Of a stretch of 64,000 bases of DNA, positions 53,801-64,000 are shown piece by piece (the stretch's first letter is position 1; every line of letters starts with the position of its first letter). Below the pieces are notes generated by a model. The model was not told the DNA's origin. It saw only the letters and a list, made by a program, of their open reading frames with translations, and ran no database searches. Origin of the DNA: Eledone cirrhosa (taxonomy: Eukaryota). The DNA lies in the NCBI GenBank assembly GCA_964016885.1, contig OZ024743.1:270692001-270756000 (forward strand), in the 5' to 3' direction. Made by a program: the position numbers and the translations under genes.

Positions 53801-56800
53801 AGAGTGATATACCGCCAGAGTGATATACGGCCTGAGTGATATACAGCCAGAGTGATATACAGCCAGAGTGATATACAGCCAGAGTGATATACAGCCAGAG
53901 TGATATACAGCCAGAGTGATATACCGCCAGAGTGATATACGGCCAGAGTGATATACAGCCAGAGTGATATACAGCCAGAGTGATATACGGCCAGAGTGAT
54001 ATACAGCCAGAGTGATATACAGCCAGAGTGATATACAGCCAGAGTGATATACCGCCAGAGTAATATACCGCCAGAGTGATATACCGCCAGAGTGATATTC
54101 CGCCAGAGTGATATACCGCCAGAGTGATATACAGGCAGAGTGATATAACGCCAGAGTGATATACAGCCAGAGTGATATACCGCCAGAGTGATATACAGAC
54201 AGAGTGATATAACGCCAGAGTGATATACCGCCAGAGTGATATACAGCCAGAGTGATATACAGACAGAGTGATATACGGCCAGAGTGATATACATCCAGAG
54301 TGATATACAGCCAGAGTGATATACCGCCAGAGTGATATACCGCCAGAGTGATATACCGCCAGAGTGATATACCGCCAGAGTGATATACAGCCAGAGTGAT
54401 ATACCGCCAGAGTAATATACCGCCAGAGTGATATACCGCCAGAGTGATATACCGCCAGAGTGATATACCGCCAGAGTGATATACAGGCAGAGTGATATAA
54501 CGCCAGAGTGATATACAGCCAGAGTGATATACAGCCAGAGTGATATACCGCTAGAGTGATATACCGCCAGAGTGATATACCGCCAGAGTAATATACAGCC
54601 AGAGTGATATACAGCCAGAGTGATATACGGCCAGAGTGATATACGGCCAGAGTGATATACGGCCAGAGTGATATACAGCCAGAGTGATATACAGCCAGAG
54701 TGATATACGGCCAGAGTGATATACAGCCAGAGTGATATACAGCCAGAGTGATATACCGCCAAAGTGATATACAGCCAGAGAGATATACCGCCAGTGTGAT
54801 ATACCGCCAGAGTGATATACCGACAGAGTGATATACCGCCAGAGTAATATACCGCCAGAGTGATATACCGCCAGAGTGATATACCGCCAGAGTGATATAC
54901 GGCCAGAGTGATATACAGCCAGAGTGATATACCGCCAGAGTGATATACCGCCAGAGTAATATACAGCCAGAGTGATATACGGCCAGAGTGATATACAGCC
55001 AGAGTGATATACGGCCAGAGTGATATACAGCCAGAGTGATATACAGCCAGAGTGATATACCGCCAGAGTGATATACGGCCAGAGTGATATACCGCCAGAG
55101 TGATATACCGCCAGAGTGACATACCGCCAGATTGATATACCGCCACAGTGATATACCGCCAGAGTGATATACCGCCAGAGTGTTATTTCGCCAGAGTGAT
55201 ATACCGCCAGAGTGATATACCGCCAGAGTGATATACAGCCAGCGTGATATACAGCCAGAGTGATATACCGCCAGAGTGATATACCGCCAGAGTGATATAC
55301 CGCCAGAGTGATATACCGCCAGAGTGATATACCGCCAGAGTTATGTACCGCCAGAGTGATGTACAGCCAGAGTGATATACCGCCAGAGTGATATACCGCC
55401 AGAGTGATGTACAGCCAGAGTGATATACCGCCAGAGTGATATACCGCCAGAGTGATATACCGGCAGAGTGATATACAGCCAGAGTGATATTTCGCCAGAG
55501 TGATATACGGCCAGAGTGATATACCGCCAGAGTGATTTACCGCCAGAGTGATATACAGCCAGAGTGATATACCGCCAGAGTGATATACCGCCAGAGTGAT
55601 ATACAGCCAGAGTGATATACGGCCCGAGTGATATACCGCCAGAGTGATATACAGCCAGAGTGATATTTCGCCAGAGTGATATACCGCCAGAGTGATATAC
55701 CGCCAGGGTGATATACAGCCAGAGTGATATACAGCCAGAGTGATATACAGCCAGAGTGATATACCGCCAGAGTGATATGCCGCCAGAGTAATATACAGCC
55801 AGAGTGATATACCGCCAGTGTGATGTACCGCCAGAGTGATATACCGCCAGTGTCATATACCGCCAGAGTGATATACCGCCAGTGTGATATACCGCCAGAG
55901 TGATATACCGCCAGTGTGATATACCGCCAGAGTGATATACAGCCAGAGTGATATGCCGCCAGTGTGATGTACCGCCAGAGTGATATACCGCCAGTGTCAT
56001 ATACCGCCAGAGTGATATACCGCCAGTGTGATATACCGCCAGAGTGATATACCGCCAGTGTGATATACCGCCAGAGTGATATACAGCCAGAGTGATATGC
56101 CGCCAGAGTGATATTTCGCCAGAGTGATATACCGCCAGATTGATATACCGCCAGAGTGATATACCGCCAGAGTGATATACAGCCAAAGTGATATACAGCC
56201 AGAGTGATATACAGCCAGAGTGATATACAGCCAGAGTGATATGCAGCCAGAGTGATATACAGCCAAAGTGATATACAGCCAGAGTGATATACAGCCAGAG
56301 TGATATACAGCCAGAGTGATATGCAGGCAGAGTGATATACCGCCAGAGTGATATACAGCCAGAGTGATATACGGCCAAAGTGATATACAGCCAAAATGAT
56401 ATACAGCCAGAGTGATATACAGCCAGAGTGATATACAGCCAGAGTGATATACATCCAGAGTGATATACAGCCAGAGTGATATACCGCCAGAGTGATATAC
56501 AGCCAGAGTGATATGCAGCCAGAGTGATATACCGCCAGAGTGATATACAGCCAGAGTGATATACGGCCAAAGTGATATACAGCCAGAGTGATATACAGCC
56601 AGAGTGATATACCGCCAGAGTAATATACAGCCAGAGTGATATACAGCCAGAGTGATATACCGCTAGAGTGATATACCGCCAGAGTGATATACAGCCAGAG
56701 TGATATACAGACAGAGTGATATACGGCCAGAGTGATATACATCCAGAGTGATATACAGCAAGAGTGATATACCGCCAGAGTGATATACCGCCAGAGTGAT

Positions 56801-59800
56801 ATACCGCCAGAGTGATATACCGCCAGAGTGATATACAGCCAGAGTCATATACCGCCAGAGTGATATACAGCCAGAGTTATATACCGCCAGAGTGATATAC
56901 CGCCAGAGTGATATACCGCCTGAGTGATATACAGCCAGAGTGATATACAGCCAGAGTGATATACCGCCAGAGTGATATACCGCCAGAGTGATATACAGCC
57001 AGAGTGATATACCGCCAGAGTGATATACCGCCAGAGTGATATACAGCCAGAGTGATATACCGCCAGAGTGATATAGCGCCAGAGTGATGTACCGCCAGAG
57101 TGATATACCGCCAGAGTGATATAAAGCCAGCGTGATATACGGCCAGAGTGAAATACCGCCAGAATAATATACCGCCAGAGTGATATACCGCCAGAGTGAT
57201 ATACACCCAGAGTGATATACCGCCAGAGTGATATACAGCCAGAGTGATATACCGGCAGAGTGATGTACCGCCAGAGTGATATACCGCCAGAGTGATATTC
57301 GGCCAGAGTAATATACGGCCAGAGTTATATACAGCCAGATTGATATACAGCCAGAGTGATATACAGCCAGAGTGATATACGGCCAGAGTGATATACAGCC
57401 AGAGTGATATACCGCCAGAGTGATATACGGCCAGAGTGATATACAGCCAGAGTGATATACAGCCAGAGTGATATACAGCCAGAGTGATATACCGCCAGAG
57501 TGATATACGGCCAGAGTGATATACAGCCAGATTGATATACCGCCAGATTGATATACAGCCAGAGTGATATACAGCCAGAGTGATATACAGCCAGAGTGAT
57601 ATACAGCCAGAGTGATATACCGCCAGAGTGATATACGGCCTGAGTGATATACAGCCAGAGTGATATACAGCCAGAGTGATATACAGCCAGAGTGATATAC
57701 AGCCAGAGTGATATACAGCCAGAGTGATATACAGCCAGAGTGATATACCGCCAGAGTGATATACGGCCAGAGTGATATACAGCCAGAGTGATATACAGCC
57801 AGAGTGATATACGGCCAGAGTGATATACAGCCAGAGTGATATACAGCCAGAGTGATATACAGCCAGAGTGATATACCGCCAGAGTAATATACCGCCAGAG
57901 TGATATACCGCCAGAGTGATATACCGCCAGAGTGATATACCGCCAGAGTGATATACAGGCAGAGTGATATAACGCCAGAGTGATATACAGCCAGAGTGAT
58001 ATACCGCCAGAGTGATATACAGGCAGAGTGATATAACGCCAGAGTGATATACCGCCAGAGTGATATACAGCCAGAGTGATATACAGACAGAGTGATATAC
58101 GGCCAGAGTGATATACATCCAGAGTGATATACAGCCAGAGTGATATACCGCCAGAGTGATATACCGCCAGAGTGATATACCGCCAGAGTGATATACCGCC
58201 AGAGTGATATACAGCCAGAGTGATATACCGCCAGAGTAATATACCGCCAGAGTGATATACCGCCAGAGTGATATACCGCCAGAGTGATATACCGCCAGAG
58301 TGATATACAGGCAGAGTGATATAACGCCAGAGTGATATACAGCCAGAGTGATATACAGCCAGAGTGATATACCGCTAGAGTGATATACCGCCAGAGTGAT
58401 ATACCGCCAGAGTAATATACAGCCAGAGTGATATACAGCCAGAGTGATATACGGCCAGAGTGATATACGGCCAGAGTGATATACGGCCAGAGTGATATAC
58501 AGCCAGAGTGATATACAGCCAGAGTGATATACGGCCAGAGTGATATACAGCCAGAGTGATATACAGCCAGAGTGATATACCGCCAGAGTGATATACAGCC
58601 AGAGAGATATACCGCCAGTGTGATATACCGCCAGAGTGATATACCGACAGAGTGATATACCGCCAGAGTAATATACCGCCAGAGTGATATACCGCCAGAG
58701 TGATATACCGCCAGAGTGATATACGGCCAGAGTGATATACAGCCAGAGTGATATACCGCCAGAGTGATATACCGCCAGAGTAATATACAGCCAGAGTGAT
58801 ATACGGCCAGAGTGATATACAGCCAGAGTGATATACGGCCAGAGTGATATACAGCCAGAGTGATATACAGCCAGAGTGATATACCGCCAGAGTGATATAC
58901 GGCCAGAGTGATATACCGCCAGAGTGATATACCGCCAGAGTGAAATACCGCCAGAGTGATATACCGCCACAGTGATATACCGCCAGAGTGATATACCGCC
59001 AGAGTGTTATTTCGCCAGAGTGATATACCGCCAGAGTGATATACCGCCAGAGTGATATACAGCCAGAGTGATATACAGCCAGAGTGATATACCGGCAGAG
59101 TGATATACCGCCAGAGTGATATACCGCCAGAGTGATATACCGCCAGAGTGATATACCGCCAGAGTTATGTACCGCCAGAGTGATGTACAGCCAGAGTGAT
59201 ATACCGCCAGAGTGATATACCGCCAGAGTGATGTACAGCCAGAGTGATATACCGCCAGAGTGATATACCGCCAGAGTGATATACCGGCAGAGTGATATAC
59301 AGCCAGAGTGATATTTCGCCAGAGTGATATACGGCCAGAGTGATATACCGCCAGAGTGATATACCGCCAGAGTGATATACCGCCAGAGTGATATACAGCC
59401 AGAGTGATATACCGCCAGAGTGATATACCGCCAGAGTGATATACAGCCAGAGTGATATACGGCCCGAGTGATATACCGCCAGAGTGATATACAGCCAGGG
59501 TGATATACAGCCAGAGTGATATACAGCCAGAGTGATATACAGCCAGAGTGATATACCGCCAGAGTGATATGCCGCCAGAGTAATATACAGCCAGAGTGAT
59601 ATACCGCCAGTGTGATGTACCGCCAGAGTGATATACCGCCAGTGTCATATACCGCCAGAGTGATATACCGCTAGTGTGATATACCGCCAGAGTGATATAC
59701 CGCCAGTGTGATATACCGCCAGAGTGATATACAGCCAGAGTGATATGCCGCCAGAGTGATATACCGCCAGAGTGATATACAGCCAGAGTGATATACCGCC

Positions 59801-62800
59801 AGAGTGATATACCGCTAGAGTGATATACAGCCAGAGTGATATACCGCCAGAGTGATATAGCGCCAGAGTGATGTACCGCCAGAGTGATATACCGCCAGAG
59901 TGATATAAAGCCAGCGTGATATACGGCCAGAGTGAAATACCGCCAGAGTAATATACCGCCAGAGTGATATACCGCCAGAGTGATATACACCCAGAGTGAT
60001 ATACCGCCAGAGTGATATACAGCCAGAGTGATATACCGCCAGAGTGATGTACCGCCAGAGTGATATACCGCCAGAGTGATATTCGGCCAGAGTAATATAC
60101 GGCCAGAGTTATATACAGCCAGAGTGATATACAGCCAGAGTGATATACAGCCAGAGTGATATACGGCCAGAGTGATATACAGCCAGAGTGATATACCGCC
60201 AGAGTGATATACGGCCAGAGTGATATACAGCCAGAGTGATATACAGCCAGAGTGATATACAGCCAGAGTGATATACCGCCAGAGTGATATACGGCCAGAG
60301 TGATATACAGCCAGATTGATATACCGCCAGATTGATATACAGCCAGAGTGATATACAGCCAGAGTGATATACAGCCAGAGTGATATACAGCCAGAGTGAT
60401 ATACCGCCAGAGTGATATACGGCCTGAGTGATATACAGCCAGAGTGATATACAGCCAGAGTGATATACAGCCAGAGTGATATACAGCCAAAGTGATATAC
60501 AGCCAGAGTGATATACAGCCAGAGTGATATACCGCCAGAGTGATATTCGGCCAGAGTAATATACGGCCAGAGTTATATACAGCCAGAGTGATATACAGCC
60601 AGAGTGATATACAGCCAGAGTGATATACGGCCAGAGTGATATACAGCCAGAGTGATATACCGCCAGAGTGATATACGGCCAGAGTGATATACAGCCAGAG
60701 TGATATACAGCCAGAGTGATATACAGCCAGAGTGATATACCGCCAGAGTGATATACGGCCAGAGTGATATACAGCCAGATTGATATACCGCCAGATTGAT
60801 ATACAGCCAGAGTGATATACAGCCAGAGTGATATACAGCCAGAGTGATATACAGCCAGAGTGATATACCGCCAGAGTGATATACGGCCTGAGTGATATAC
60901 AGCCAGAGTGATATACAGCCAGAGTGATATACAGCCAGAGTGATATACAGCCAGAGTGATATACAGCCAGAGTGATATACAGCCAGAGTGATATACCGCC
61001 AGAGTGATATACGGCCAGAGTGATATACAGCCAGAGTGATATACAGCCAGAGTGATATACGGCCAGAGTGATATACAGCCAGAGTGATATACAGCCAGAG
61101 TGATATACAGCCAGAGTGATATACCGCCAGAGTAATATACCGCCAGAGTGATATACCGCCAGAGTGATATACCGCCATAGTGATATACCGCCAGAGTGAT
61201 ATACAGGCAGAGTGATATAACGCCAGAGTGATATACAGCCAGAGTGATATACCGCCAGAGTGATATACAGGCAGAGTGATATAACGCCAGAGTGATATAC
61301 CGCCAGAGTGATATACAGCCAGAGTGATATACAGACAGAGTGATATACGGCCAGAGTGATATACATCCAGAGTGATATACAGCCAGAGTGATATACCGCC
61401 AGAGTGATATACCGCCAGAGTGATATACCGCCAGAGTGATATACCGCCAGAGTGATATACAGCCAGAGTGATATACCGCCAGAGTAATATACCGCCAGAG
61501 TGATATACCGCCAGAGTGATATACCGCCAGAGTGATATACCGCCAGAGTGATATACAGGCAGAGTGATATAACGCCAGAGTGATATACAGCCAGAGTGAT
61601 ATACAGCCAGAGTGATATACCGCTAGAGTGATATACCGCCAGAGTGATATACCGCCAGAGTAATATACAGCCAGAGTGATATACAGCCAGAGTGATATAC
61701 GGCCAGAGTGATATACGGCCAGAGTGATATACGGCCAGAGTGATATACAGCCAGAGTGATATACAGCCAGAGTGATATACGGCCAGAGTGATATACAGCC
61801 AGAGTGATATACAGCCAGAGTGATATACCGCCAGAGTGATATACAGCCAGAGAGATATACCGCCAGTGTGATATACCGCCAGAGTGATATACCGACAGAG
61901 TGATATACCGCCAGAGTAATATACCGCCAGAGTGATATACCGCCAGAGTGATATACCGCCAGAGTGATATACGGCCAGAGTGATATACAGCCAGAGTGAT
62001 ATACCGCCAGAGTGATATACCGCCAGAGTAATATACAGCCAGAGTGATATACGGCCAGAGTGATATACAGCCAGAGTGATATACGGCCAGAGTGATATAC
62101 AGCCAGAGTGATATACAGCCAGAGTGATATACCGCCAGAGTGATATACGGCCAGAGTGATATACCGCCAGAGTGATATACCGCCAGAGTGAAATACCGCC
62201 AGAGTGATATACCGCCACAGTGATATACCGCCAGAGTGATATACCGCCAGAGTGTTATTTCGCCAGAGTGATATACCGCCAGAGTGATATACCGCCAGAG
62301 TGATATACAGCCAGAGTGATATACAGCCAGAGTGATATACCGGCAGAGTGATATACCGCCAGAGTGATATACCGCCAGAGTGATATACCGCCAGAGTGAT
62401 ATACCGCCAGAGTTATGTACCGCCAGAGTGATGTACAGCCAGAGTGATATACCGCCAGAGTGATATACCGCTAGAGTGATGTACAGCCAGAGTGATATAC
62501 CGCCAGAGTGATATACCGCCAGAGTGATATACCGGCAGAGTGATATACAGCCAGAGTGATATTTCGCCAGAGTGATATACGGCCAGAGTGATATACCGCC
62601 AGAGTGATATACCGCCAGAGTGATATACCGCCAGAGTGATATACAGCCAGAGTGATATACCGCCAGAGTGATATACCGCCAGAGTGATATACAGCCAGAG
62701 TGATATACGGCCCGAGTGATATACCGCCAGAGTGATATACAGCCAGAGTGATATTTCGCCAGAGTGATATACCGCCAGAGTGATATACCGCCAGGGTGAT

Positions 62801-64000
62801 ATACAGCCAGAGTGATATACAGCCAGAGTGATATACAGCCAGAGTGATATACCGCCAGAGTGATATGCCGCCAGAGTAATATACAGCCAGAGTGATATAC
62901 CGCCAGTGTGATGTACCGCCAGAGTGATATACCGCCAGTGTCATATACCGCCAGAGTGATATACCGCTAGTGTGATATACCGCCAGAGTGATATACCGCC
63001 AGTGTGATATACCGCCAGAGTGATATACAGCCAGAGTGATATGCCGCCAGAGTGATATACCGCCAGAGTGATATACAGCCAGAGTGATATACCGCCAGAG
63101 TGATATACCGCCAGAGTGATATACAGCCAGAGTGATATACCGCCAGAGTGATATAGCGCCAGAGTGATGTACCGCCAGAGTGATATACCGCCAGAGTGAT
63201 ATAAAGCCTGCGTGATATACGGCCAGAGTGAAATACCGCCAAAGTAATATACCGCCAGAGTGATATACCGCCAGAGTGATATACACCCAGAGTGATATAC
63301 CGCCAGAGTGATATACAGCCAGAGTGATATACCGCCAGAGTGATGTACCGCCAGAGTGATATACCGCCAGAGTGATATTCGGCCAGAGTAATATACGGCC
63401 AGAGTTATATACAGCCAGAGTGATATACAGCCAGAGTGATATACAGCCAGAGTGATATACGGCCAGAGTGATATACAGCCAGAGTGATATACCGCCAGAG
63501 TGATATACGGCCAGAGTGATATACAGCCAGAGTGATATACAGCCAGAGTGATATACAGCCAGAGTGATATACCGCCAGAGTGATATACGGCCAGAGTGAT
63601 ATACAGCCAGATTGATATACCGCCAGATTGATATACAGCCAGAGTGATATACAGCCAGAGTGATATACAGCCAGAGTGATATACAGCCAGAGTGATATAC
63701 GCCAGAGTGATATACGGCCTGAGTGATATACAGCCAGAGTGATATACAGCCAGAGTGATATACAGCCAGAGTGATATACAGCCAGAGTGATATACAGCCA
63801 GAGTGATATACCGCCAGAGTGATATACGGCCAGAGTGATATACAGCCAGAGTGATATACAGCCAGAGTGATATACGGCCAGAGTGATATACAGCCAGAGT
63901 GATATACAGCCAGAGTGATATACAGCCAGAGTGATATACCGCCAGAGTAATATACCGCCAGAGTGATATACCGCCAGAGTGATATACCGCCAGAGTGATA
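29810..64000. repeat. 16-bp satellite array GATATAC[C/A/G]GCCAGAGT, about 2,130 units, running off the window end
   Basis: Continuous tandem 16-mers with no spacers or TE insertions seen; 34.2 kb divided by 16 bp gives the unit count. Confidence 0.98.

Noticed and set aside
29747-63286. Long minus-strand ORFs (up to 962 aa) of repeating YITLAVYHSGGISLWR
   Set aside because: The 16-bp unit lacks stop codons on the minus strand, so all three frames give the same 16-aa repeat. Stops occur wherever variants arise and there is no sign of codon-level selection.
29810-64000. CRISPR array
   Set aside because: The repeats are contiguous with no unique spacers, there are no cas genes, and the context is eukaryotic.

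Overview
This is eukaryotic genomic DNA, very rich in repeats, and I can support no host protein-coding gene in it. The SINE, mariner and microsatellite content looks like a coleoid cephalopod (Octopus-like); that assignment is inference. Bases 1-29.8 kb are a mosaic of transposable elements. (i) Three L1-clade Tx1-like LINEs lie head-to-tail, each embedded in (GATA)n, followed by three older diverged 3' fragments; all six are on the minus strand. (ii) Penelope-like elements (PLEs) and short PLE-type remnants are bounded by (TA)n and together carry about 13 type I hammerhead ribozyme motifs, several inside inverted repeats. (iii) There are also an R4/Dong-like LINE, an RTE fragment, a mariner fragment, a hAT MITE, a non-autonomous Helitron and tRNA-derived SINEs. 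Bases 29.81-64 kb are one 16-bp satellite, GATATAC[C/A/G]GCCAGAGT, with kilobase-scale higher-order duplications; its long 'ORFs' are artefacts. The leads I rate highest: a (GATA)n-targeting Tx1 family with a shared 5'-truncation point, partitioning of microsatellite types among retroelement classes, the dense hammerhead set, and an array of paired ACUAAY (STAR/QKI-type) motifs in a Penelope 3' UTR. All structures were read by eye; no searches were run.
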